Source: Limisphaerales bacterium | GTDB lineage: Bacteria; Verrucomicrobiota; Verrucomicrobiia; Limisphaerales; JAJOIW01 | Direction of reading: 5' to 3' | Assembly (NCBI GenBank): GCA_965657355.1 | Contig: CBFHOE010000004.1 | Coordinates: 129,160-193,159, forward strand | Length of the DNA: 64,000 nt | Shown: in pieces, positions 1-8,542 of the stretch | How the letters are laid out: every line of letters begins with the position of its first letter | Numbering within the stretch: the first letter of the stretch is position 1 | Notes under the pieces: model-generated | The model's input: the letters and a program-made list of their open reading frames with translations, nothing else | Told to the model about the DNA's origin: nothing | Databases searched by the model: none | Translations under genes and position numbers: made by a program

Positions 1-178
1 CCATCAATGGCACGAGACATGATTTGCCTAAGCCTGCTGGAGTAAGAGCTCCTGTCAGGCTCCACCCAATCAAACCATCATTATTCAGCATTTTTTGAGC
101 GATCAGTTGGGACGCTTCTTTTAGGCGGGCACCATTATATGCTGAAAAGACATTATCAATAAGGTCGGGTACCGGCAT
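1..178 (-). CDS. Deoxyhypusine synthase-like protein, N-terminal fragment (gene runs off the left edge)
   Basis: Reverse-strand ATG at 178-176. My translation is MPVPDLIDNVFSAYNGARLKEASQLIAQKMLNNDGLIGWSLTGALTPAGLGKSCLVPLM. The LTGALTPAGLGK segment and its context resemble the N-terminus of bacterial DHS-like proteins. It is absent from the ORF track because it is truncated. Confidence 0.4.
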   Translation of the reverse strand, partial: MPVPDLIDNVFSAYNGARLKEASQLIAQKMLNNDGLIGWSLTGALTPAGLGKSCLVPLM

Positions 179-305
179 GTTAGCGGTAACTTTATTCGGT
201 CTCAGTCTCGAATAAGAAGATAAGGGATCAATATCTTTCACAATTTTTCATACTAGGCAGTGCCTTGATTGGAAACAAGGCGATGATTTCAGAATTTTAC
301 CTGAC

Positions 306-1526
306 TTGACCAATGGGAATAATTACGCCATGAATTGTCCCCACAAGATGGAAGAATCATATTCCAAAGAATTTTCAAATAGTTCTGATAAAAACCCTGG
401 TTTTGAAACACTAGCAATTCATTCAGGGAATTCATATAATTCAGAGACTGGGAGTGTCATCCCTCCCGTTTATATGACATCGACCTTTGCCTACGGGAAT
501 CCGGGTGGATTTGATTATACGCGGAGTGGGAATCCCAATTTCAGAAATTTAGATCATGCTTTGGCCAACCTTGAGGGCGCTAAGCACGCGACCGTATTTG
601 CCAGCGGTGTTTCAGCTATTACTGCATTGGTATCATCTTTAAAGTCGGGCGACGTTGTCTGCGCTGAAGAGAACATATACGGCTGCACTTTTAGGCTTTT
701 CGCTCAAGTTTTCCACAAATTCGGTATCTCGGTCGAATATGTTGATTTTGCCTCAGATGAAACGTTTGAAAAATTTCAAAATAAACCGGCGACTTTATTT
801 TGGATTGAATCTCCTACAAACCCAAACTTAAAAGTGATTGATATTGAGCGGGTCTCCAATTTGGCCCATTCTTGCGGTGCTCCGTTGGTTGTTGATAATA
901 CTTTTGCTTCTAGCTATCTCCAAAAACCTCTCTCTCTTGGCGCAGACATTTCTCTGCTGAGCACAACCAAATACACCAATGGGCATTCCGACGCCCTTGG
1001 TGGCGTCGTCTGCACAAATGATCCGGAATGGCAGGCAAAAATGGTTTTTGCACAAAAGGCATTAGGTCTCCAACCGTCCCCAATGGATTCCTGGCTGATA
1101 CAGCGTGGATTAAAAACTGAAGCGTTAAGAATGGAGAAACATTGTCATAATGCACATGAGGTTGCAGAATTTTTAGAATCTTCTCCAAAAATAAAAATGG
1201 TCAGGTATCCATTTCTCCCATCGCACCCGCAATATCAGATTGCCAAAAAGCAAATGAGGGGTGGGTCAGGGATTGTGACGGCAGATTTTGACATGGGGGT
1301 CGATGAAACATTGGAAAGGCTCAGGTCTTTGAAATATTTTACTCTGGCCGAAAGCTTGGGTGGTATCGAGTCGCTCATTTGTCATCCCGCTTCAATGACC
1401 CATGCTTCAATTCCACGGGAGACTAGGTTAAAGGTCGGAATTACAGATTCGCTGGTCAGATTTTCAGTCGGTATTGAGAAAGCGAATGACCTCATTGAAG
1501 ATATAGCTTTGGCATTTCAGTTATAA
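306..1526 (+). CDS. Cys/Met-metabolism PLP-dependent enzyme (cystathionine gamma-synthase / gamma-lyase / beta-lyase family)
   Basis: 406-aa ORF. Motifs: GFETLAIHSG near the N-terminus, PLP-lysine motif STTKYTNGHSD, and ESLGGIESLICHPASMTH near the C-terminus. The track start is TTG at 306; in-frame ATGs at 330 and 348 are alternative starts. Confidence 0.85.
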   Translation: MTNGNNYAMNCPHKMEESYSKEFSNSSDKNPGFETLAIHSGNSYNSETGSVIPPVYMTSTFAYGNPGGFDYTRSGNPNFRNLDHALANLEGAKHATVFASGVSAITALVSSLKSGDVVCAEENIYGCTFRLFAQVFHKFGISVEYVDFASDETFEKFQNKPATLFWIESPTNPNLKVIDIERVSNLAHSCGAPLVVDNTFASSYLQKPLSLGADISLLSTTKYTNGHSDALGGVVCTNDPEWQAKMVFAQKALGLQPSPMDSWLIQRGLKTEALRMEKHCHNAHEVAEFLESSPKIKMVRYPFLPSHPQYQIAKKQMRGGSGIVTADFDMGVDETLERLRSLKYFTLAESLGGIESLICHPASMTHASIPRETRLKVGITDSLVRFSVGIEKANDLIEDIALAFQL

Positions 1527-1529
1527 ACG

Positions 1530-3041
1530 ATGGATATTACTAAAACTCTCTGGAGACCAGAGGACTTGGGTAAGCCCATTGGTGGCTCCCAACATGCCAT
1601 TTCGGCATGTCTGCCCACCTGGGCAGATGTCGTTGGATACGAGGAAGGAGAAAACAGGGTCATTGGGGCATTACAATGCGGTTATCCCAGGTTTTTTATT
1701 CACCCTGCTGTTGAAACTTTGATCCAGTTTTTACTAAAAGAAAAGAATCTAGTTAACCAGTGTGGTCTCATATTTCATTCAAGCAAAGCGGCTGAAAGGG
1801 CTCTTGGCTACTTGAATGATATTTCAAATCAAAAATCCAATGTTTATAAATTTTCTCGACCTTCGGTAAACTGTTTTTTGGTAACCGTCCCAAAAATATT
1901 TGAAAAGCAGGCCAGATTTTATTGGAGACTATCAGGCGAAGGCGTAAGTAGCCGTTTAGCTGATTATTTTTTGAAGTCTTTGCAACTACAGAATGTTCCA
2001 ACTTCTTCTATAGATACCAGTAAGACCATTGATGCAATAAAAGAAAAGCTAGGAGTTGCCTACAATATCCCAAATGAAGACATTTATCTTTTTCCTAGCG
2101 GAATGGCTGCCATTTTTAATTTGCACGAATCCATCCGTCGTTTAAAGCCCAACCATCAGCAAGTCCAAATTGGATTTCCGTACGTCGATACCTGGAAAAC
2201 ACTCCAGACATTTGGGTCATCTCAATCGATCGAAATTTCCATGGACTCGCAAAGGGTTAAGGATTTTTTGCAAAAGGAATTTCAGCGAAAACCCATTTCT
2301 TCAATATACTGCGAGTGCCCTTCGAATCCTTTACTTGAAACGCCTGACCCCGAGTTACTTAGTGAAATTTCGCAGCAAATGAATAGCTTTTTAATTATAG
2401 ATGATACTATTGCATCCTCTATCAATATCGACCCGAGTCCATACGCCGATGTTATTACGACCAGCCTGAGCAAATGGTTCAATGGATTTGGAGATCTGCT
2501 GGCAGGTTCTTTGATGCTCAACCCTAAAGGAAAAAACTACAATATCCTCAAAAAAGCGTTGGATTCTCATTATTCATTGGATGTTTTTTGGCAGGATCTT
2601 GAAATTCTCAACAACCATTCCAATGATTATGCAATCAGGGTTAAAGAGGCAGGAAAAAATGCCGACCACCTGGTTGAATGGCTCAATGCCTCACCGTATA
2701 CGGAAAAAGTTTTTTACTGCTCCAAGGAAAAAGACCCAAATTACGCAAAAATCGCCAGACCAAATTCAGTAAATCCCGCCCTAATCTCGGTTGTCTTTGA
2801 TGAAAAATTGGTAGATCCGAAATTAATGTATGATCATTTAGAAATTTCCAAAGGCCCGAGCCTAGGCACGAGTTGGAGTTTAGTTTGCCCATACACCATT
2901 CTCGCCCATTATGATGAATTAGAGCGGGTCGAGCAATATGGAGTTGCTCAAAACCTGATTCGCATATCCTGTGGAGCTGAAAAGGAAGGCGAAATTATCA
3001 GGAAATTTGATTCTGCCATAAATAAAGCTCTCAGACGCTAA
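1530..3041 (+). CDS. PLP-dependent transferase, cystathionine gamma-synthase-like with a long N-terminal extension
   Basis: 503-aa ORF starting 3 nt after the upstream stop. The candidate PLP-lysine segment is TSLSKWFNGFGDLLAGS. The N-terminal ~190 aa (LPTWADVVGYEEGE...GYPRFFIHP) resemble the N-domain of fungal-type cystathionine gamma-synthases. Confidence 0.65.
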   Translation: MDITKTLWRPEDLGKPIGGSQHAISACLPTWADVVGYEEGENRVIGALQCGYPRFFIHPAVETLIQFLLKEKNLVNQCGLIFHSSKAAERALGYLNDISNQKSNVYKFSRPSVNCFLVTVPKIFEKQARFYWRLSGEGVSSRLADYFLKSLQLQNVPTSSIDTSKTIDAIKEKLGVAYNIPNEDIYLFPSGMAAIFNLHESIRRLKPNHQQVQIGFPYVDTWKTLQTFGSSQSIEISMDSQRVKDFLQKEFQRKPISSIYCECPSNPLLETPDPELLSEISQQMNSFLIIDDTIASSINIDPSPYADVITTSLSKWFNGFGDLLAGSLMLNPKGKNYNILKKALDSHYSLDVFWQDLEILNNHSNDYAIRVKEAGKNADHLVEWLNASPYTEKVFYCSKEKDPNYAKIARPNSVNPALISVVFDEKLVDPKLMYDHLEISKGPSLGTSWSLVCPYTILAHYDELERVEQYGVAQNLIRISCGAEKEGEIIRKFDSAINKALRR

Positions 3042-3231
3042 AAGCGCGATCCAACCACTTAAATAACCAAATTTCTGAATAAAATCGCTTTTCTCCTGAA
3101 ATTATCTTCCCCATGATCAGATTTTTTTAAACTAAATATCGTCTTTTGTTTGCAATAGGGGAAAACTGGTTTTTAATTGGAGGCTCATTCTTAATGCTGG
3201 CATTAGTGCTATTTGAGCCAAGTTTATCAAT

Positions 3232-5043
3232 ATGGACCAAGGCATTAAGAAGCAGCATTGGACGAAAATTTTATATCACATGGACACATCGCCCATCACT
3301 TTACCTAAGCCTATTCCGACTTCCCGCTTCAGGCAGCCAAAGAAAAACATACCTCAGACCATTGAGGAGAGAAATAGTATACTTCAAGTGGTGCGTGACT
3401 ATGTCGCAAAGCATAAACCTGTTCCTCCACAGCCAGCACAGGACTTAAAGGTTCACGCAAGTGCTATTATAGAGGACATTGGATGCGATCCCATATATCG
3501 CGATTATATCGGGGTTTTGATCAATAATGAAATTTGGAGGGAATCTCTCGCCTCCATTCCTTTTGAGAGACGCCTTCTTCTCATTCCCAAATGTTTGAGA
3601 GTCGAGGAAAAATGTCCCGCTCCATTTGATGAATTTGGGCTTCTTTGCAAGCAATGCGGCCTTTGCTCAATTCAAGACTTTCAAAACGAGGCGGAGAAGC
3701 TCGGGTATGCGGTTCTCGTAGCTGAGGGCTCAGCAATTGTCATGTCTCTTATTCAGACAGGAAAAATTGAAGCAATTGTAGGCGTTAGTTGCCTGAGCGT
3801 CTTGGAACGGAGTTTTCCATATATGGAAGCTGCGGCCATCCCCGGAATCGCGATACCGCTTCTGCAGGATGACTGCATTGACTGCACAGTGGATCAAGAT
3901 TGGGTTTGGGATGTCATTCACCTTACTAGCGATGACAAGACAAGGAGAATGGACCTCACTGCAATTCGGGAAGATGTAGATTCATGGTTTTCTGCAGAAT
4001 CTCTTGAGACCATAATGGGGTCATCCGATGGCCAAAGTGAGGATATTGCAAGGGATTGGCTCGGGAGATCAGGAAAGAGATGGCGCCCCTTTTTGACAGT
4101 TTCCGCATATAATGCCTTGAGAGAAAACCCGGAGGAGCAGATTCCCGAGTCTGTTAAGAAGATTGCTGTCGCGGTAGAATGTTTTCACAAAGCTTCTCTT
4201 ATTCACGATGACATAGAAGATCAAGATGCCGAAAGGTACGGAGAGAAGACCCTTCATGAAGAATATGGCATTCCCGTGGCACTCAATATTGGGGACCTTC
4301 TTATTGGTGAAGGCTATAGACTCATCGGTGAGTCCGGCTTTTCTGATACTCAGATACACGAAATGCTTAATGTGGCCTCAACAGGTCAAAGAGAATTGTG
4401 CAAAGGGCAGGGGAGTGAATTGATCTGGACTAAGAATCCCAAACCGCTCTCCTCACGCCAGGTATTAGGAATTTTTCAGAAAAAAACGGCTCCTGCGTTT
4501 GAAGTCGCGCTCCGATTGGGAGCCATTGCCTCTGGTCGGCACAATGAAGTAGACGACGCACTTGGTAAATATTCCGAGGCGCTTGGGATTGCATATCAGA
4601 TTCGAGACGACCTCAATGATATCGAAGATGCTGGTGATCCAAATGATATAGAAGCTCTGCGTCCAAACATTTTAATGGGGATAGCCCATGAAAAAGCAAA
4701 GGGCCAAACCAAAGACATTTTCAAATCTCTATGGGAAAGAAAAATTCCCGATGGTCTAACGCCTGAAAAAATTCGTGAACTTTACTCTGAAACAGGTGCA
4801 GTAGATCGGGCAAAATCTCTTCTCGAAACATACAAAGAAACGGCTATCCGATCTCTTGCAGAAGTCGAAGTGCCGAATCTTAAAGGTTTGCTAAGAAGGA
4901 CGATCGGAAAAATTTTCAATGACACCGAGATCAAAGGATGGTGTAAAGAATTTGAAGTTAAAAATGGCGTTAGAGGTGAAAATTCAAAAATGAGTGAATC
5001 TTCACAGGCGGAGGCAGAGCCGCCCATAGTGCCGTCAAAATAA
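3232..5043 (+). CDS. Fusion protein: DUF116-like Cys-rich N-terminal domain plus polyprenyl diphosphate synthase C-terminal domain
   Basis: 603-aa ORF. The N-terminal half carries RLLLIPKCLR, CKQCGLC, IVGVSCLS and DDCIDCTVD (DUF116-like pattern). The C-terminal half carries the first Asp-rich motif SLIHDDIEDQD, the second Asp-rich motif AYQIRDDLNDIED, and GDLLIGEG between them. Confidence 0.8.
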   Translation: MDQGIKKQHWTKILYHMDTSPITLPKPIPTSRFRQPKKNIPQTIEERNSILQVVRDYVAKHKPVPPQPAQDLKVHASAIIEDIGCDPIYRDYIGVLINNEIWRESLASIPFERRLLLIPKCLRVEEKCPAPFDEFGLLCKQCGLCSIQDFQNEAEKLGYAVLVAEGSAIVMSLIQTGKIEAIVGVSCLSVLERSFPYMEAAAIPGIAIPLLQDDCIDCTVDQDWVWDVIHLTSDDKTRRMDLTAIREDVDSWFSAESLETIMGSSDGQSEDIARDWLGRSGKRWRPFLTVSAYNALRENPEEQIPESVKKIAVAVECFHKASLIHDDIEDQDAERYGEKTLHEEYGIPVALNIGDLLIGEGYRLIGESGFSDTQIHEMLNVASTGQRELCKGQGSELIWTKNPKPLSSRQVLGIFQKKTAPAFEVALRLGAIASGRHNEVDDALGKYSEALGIAYQIRDDLNDIEDAGDPNDIEALRPNILMGIAHEKAKGQTKDIFKSLWERKIPDGLTPEKIRELYSETGAVDRAKSLLETYKETAIRSLAEVEVPNLKGLLRRTIGKIFNDTEIKGWCKEFEVKNGVRGENSKMSESSQAEAEPPIVPSK

Positions 5044-5145
5044 AATACCAATCAATCTTTTAAACATCACGGGTTTTGTCATGATGGCAACCTCCACGTC
5101 TCTTGTAGACCGTGCCCTGGTAAATATAATTAGGGATTATGTTTT

Positions 5146-5973
5146 CTATGAACCGCTAAAGCTCATTAGAGAAATCTTCCAGCTCTTTAATTTGGGCATC
5201 CACATCTCTTTATCAAGGAGAAGGGTCATGCCGGCTTCAAATACAAGATTGTTTATCCCATTTTCCGCACACTTCTCAAGAGTTGTGTAGCCTAGGCACG
5301 GGATATCAAATCGCATGTCGTGGTTTTTCTTGGCTACCTTAACAGCTGTTGCTCCACCTTTTTTTCCAGCTAATAATCCCCCCCTAATCAAACACTGGTC
5401 AGTGCCTTCGAAGCCCTCCACTGCTAGAACTGTGCCTTGCTTAACCACAACCGTTTGACCAATTTCCAGCTCGGAAATAGATTTGGCTATTCGGAATCCA
5501 AACTCAGCTTCATCTCGATCTTCTGGGGAGAGTCTTCTGCCTTCATGATAGCCATCACCTGGCATGAACGATTTTAAAAATGGGGCTGCTGAGATTAAAG
5601 TTATTCCTTCGGACTGTAATTCTTCAGCTATAGCTCCAAAAATTGTATGGGCATTCTTTTCCTTTAATTTAAATAGTAGACTGGCTCCTCGAATGTCGGG
5701 CTGGACTTTGAATAAATTTTTAGGAGCCACTTGCCCAAGCATAACACATTTGGATACCCCTTTTTTCTTAAAAGCGTTGATCAATTTCCCCAATTTCCCC
5801 ACTTTTATCCAGATTGTTTCATCTGCTAAGTTCTCCATTTCTGGGTCGGTTTCCCCCTCAAAAGCAACGCATATAATTGAAGAAATTCCCATAGCTCTTG
5901 CTTCTTGCGTGAATAATTTTGGTAACGACCGACTCCCTGCTATTATTCCAATTTTTTCTATATTATTATGCAT
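5146..5973 (-). CDS. lpxI: UDP-2,3-diacylglucosamine pyrophosphatase LpxI (DUF1009 family)
   Basis: 275-aa ORF. Motifs IGIIAGSRSLP, EIGQTVVVKQGTVLAVEGFEGTDQCLIR and FDIPCLGYTTL match the LpxI pattern seen in Caulobacter LpxI. Confidence 0.85.
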   Translation of the reverse strand: MHNNIEKIGIIAGSRSLPKLFTQEARAMGISSIICVAFEGETDPEMENLADETIWIKVGKLGKLINAFKKKGVSKCVMLGQVAPKNLFKVQPDIRGASLLFKLKEKNAHTIFGAIAEELQSEGITLISAAPFLKSFMPGDGYHEGRRLSPEDRDEAEFGFRIAKSISELEIGQTVVVKQGTVLAVEGFEGTDQCLIRGGLLAGKKGGATAVKVAKKNHDMRFDIPCLGYTTLEKCAENGINNLVFEAGMTLLLDKEMWMPKLKSWKISLMSFSGS

Positions 5974-6055
5974 GACTGGCTATAGATAGTGACTTATCTT
6001 TCTGGCCAATGCTTGGCCTTAGGATCAGTCTTCTACTATACTCATACCCTGAGAT

Positions 6056-8542
6056 ATGAAAAATTGGAAAGAGGAACTGAGTGGTCCGTCGCTGACTTCA
6101 TACAAATCGCCGGAGAGAATCACCCGGTTGTGGCCATTTGTTGCTCTTACTTTCATTTATCTCGGATTAATTTTTTCTTTTATTTCTTATTATAACCAAA
6201 AATTTGAGCTCAAAGTTCTCTCAGCCAATAGCGTGTCTACATTGAGTTTGAAACTTCGAGTTTTTATCGAAAAATCTGACTCGATCTTGCTTAACTCCGA
6301 TAACCCTGAGATTGAAACTTATATTTCTAACTTAATTAATGACACTACAGAAATAACAACAAGGTTTTCAACTTCTCGGGCTACCCTTGATTCTGTCTTG
6401 CCTGAATCATTGCGGCGCAGGCTTCACGATGGAAATCAACTGTGGAATACTTTTGCCAACGAGGTTATGCAAGGAATTGATACTGGCATTTCCGGCCCGT
6501 CTGGTAGGGAAAGATTTATTGTAAATTTAAAATACCGAAAGAGGATTCATGCTAATAAGCTCGAAAACGTGAGGCAGGTCCTTGGTCTTGCTGAAACAAA
6601 AATGAAATCAACTTTGATTCGGTATCAAACGGATCTCACACTTTGGCTGATTTTTATATTTGCGACTTATATAATAATTATTTTTGTGATGCAAAGTCAC
6701 CCATTGCTAGCCATGCGATACAGGCAGAACGAATTGCCGGGATTTTTAATTAGACCAAGCCGTCGAATTTACGAGGAAACCAGTCATAATTCAGCGACTA
6801 CTACTGCCAGTGAGAGCCAGATCAGTATGCCCAGGAATAATTATGATGATCTTCAAGTTCAGCTCAATGAGAAGAATAAGGAATGTGCCCAACTAAACCG
6901 AATTATAAAGGATCTCCAATTGGAAAAGAGTCACAAACAATCATCTGACTCTCAGGTTATCGAGGAAAGAAGTGAATTCTTGGCCAAACTTTCCCATGAA
7001 ATTAGGACTCCTTTAAGTGGGATAGTGGGGATGGTCGAGCTCTTACATGAAACCCCATTAAACAAGGAACAAGAAGAGATTGTTTCCATCCTAAAATCCA
7101 GTAATAGAAACATGATGCACCTCGTCAATAACAGGATTGATTTTGACTCCGATAAGAAATTCGATAAAGAAATTAAAAGCGATGACAGCGAGTTCAATTT
7201 AAATGACGTGGTTACCGAAGCGGTTTTTTTATTTGCCGAAAAAGCTTACAAAAAAGGTCTTGAGCTCGAACTCAATGTTTCGGCTATCACGCCTGAAATG
7301 GTTTATGGAAATCGAAATGGACTCTACCAGGTAATTGTGAACCTGATCGTTCATGCTATAAGCCACACTGATCAAGGAGGAATTATAGTCAAGGTCTCAA
7401 AAGATAATAATAAGAAATCTAGTGGGGTAGCACACGTCATAATTTCTGTTTCTGATATAGGAATCGGTGGTCAGAAAAGTATTAAAAATACACTATTTGA
7501 AAATCCTGATGGCGAATATGGCTCTCTGTTTGTAAATAACATAGAGGCTGATTTAAAATTGGTCACCTTAAAGGAACAACTCAACCAAATCGGTGGCAAT
7601 ATTACTTTCAAATCTCAGCCCAAAGGGGGAAGCCAATTCAAGATAGAGATTCCATTCGAGCTAGTCGCCACGAAAAGAATAAGTAGCTCTTTCGCAAAGT
7701 ATCCCGAAATCAAAATTTTTTGCGCTACACAGTCGTCCATTTTAAAACCCATTATCCTGAGTCATTCCAGGATATTTAAGTTTCAATCCATGTTTTTTGA
7801 AAATTTGGATGAACTTCTGTCTCAACTCGTTTCCAATATATCCAAAAATGAAAGAATTGACGCAGTATTTATAGACGAATCAATTGTCGGGACGGATGAG
7901 TTATGGGGCTTTTTGAAAAAGGTAGATGATAAAATTCAATCGTTAAAAATGGCAGATAATGTAACCCTAAGCAAAATCATACTGTCACCAATAGCCTTTA
8001 AAAAAATTGATCAGAATATTTTAAGTAAGACAAAGAATACTGGAATTTTATACCGTCCAATAAGACTTAGGAATTTAGCCTTCCTTTTGAACCAGATGGA
8101 ACATAAGCATAAGCGCCCAATCCTGCTGGACAACCAAAGACATGGTAAGCGTGTTGTGCCTGATCTAAATTTAAAAGTCCTTGCTGTCGAAGACACCTCT
8201 CTGAGTCAGGAATTATTTAGTAAGCAGCTGGAATTATTGGGAGTTGAATTTGAAGTAGTTTCCAATGGCGAAAAGGCTGTAGAAGTCCAGAAGATGTCGG
8301 ATTTTCATATCATTCTCATGGATTGTAATCTACCTGGAATGGATGGTTTCGAAGCAACGAGACTCATACGCCAAAGTTCAAACGGTTCCGAAATATGTAT
8401 AATTGGAGTTACTGCTGACTCAAATCCTGAATCCAAGAATAAAGCATTGAAAGCAGGGATGGACGATTTTCTAACGAAGCCAATTAACTTGCAACAATTG
8501 GAATCAGCAATCTTTTCATGTTTTCCTGAATTCCTTTTCTAG
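6056..8542 (+). CDS. Hybrid sensor histidine kinase / response regulator with a degenerate ATP-binding domain
   Basis: 828-aa ORF. It has N-terminal TM segments, a coiled-coil region, an H-box LSHEIRTPLSG, and a C-terminal receiver (VLAVEDTS, ILMDCNLPGMDG, TKP). In the catalytic domain the N-box reads NLIVHAISHT and the G2 box is absent. Confidence 0.85.
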   Translation: MKNWKEELSGPSLTSYKSPERITRLWPFVALTFIYLGLIFSFISYYNQKFELKVLSANSVSTLSLKLRVFIEKSDSILLNSDNPEIETYISNLINDTTEITTRFSTSRATLDSVLPESLRRRLHDGNQLWNTFANEVMQGIDTGISGPSGRERFIVNLKYRKRIHANKLENVRQVLGLAETKMKSTLIRYQTDLTLWLIFIFATYIIIIFVMQSHPLLAMRYRQNELPGFLIRPSRRIYEETSHNSATTTASESQISMPRNNYDDLQVQLNEKNKECAQLNRIIKDLQLEKSHKQSSDSQVIEERSEFLAKLSHEIRTPLSGIVGMVELLHETPLNKEQEEIVSILKSSNRNMMHLVNNRIDFDSDKKFDKEIKSDDSEFNLNDVVTEAVFLFAEKAYKKGLELELNVSAITPEMVYGNRNGLYQVIVNLIVHAISHTDQGGIIVKVSKDNNKKSSGVAHVIISVSDIGIGGQKSIKNTLFENPDGEYGSLFVNNIEADLKLVTLKEQLNQIGGNITFKSQPKGGSQFKIEIPFELVATKRISSSFAKYPEIKIFCATQSSILKPIILSHSRIFKFQSMFFENLDELLSQLVSNISKNERIDAVFIDESIVGTDELWGFLKKVDDKIQSLKMADNVTLSKIILSPIAFKKIDQNILSKTKNTGILYRPIRLRNLAFLLNQMEHKHKRPILLDNQRHGKRVVPDLNLKVLAVEDTSLSQELFSKQLELLGVEFEVVSNGEKAVEVQKMSDFHIILMDCNLPGMDGFEATRLIRQSSNGSEICIIGVTADSNPESKNKALKAGMDDFLTKPINLQQLESAIFSCFPEFLF

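Noticed and set aside
179-305. Possible SAM or other riboswitch in the leader of the Cys/Met PLP gene pair.
   Set aside because: There is only a short GCCTTG/CAAGGC stem. None of the conserved SAM-I/II/V core sequences I know are recognisable. An Infernal scan would be needed to say more.
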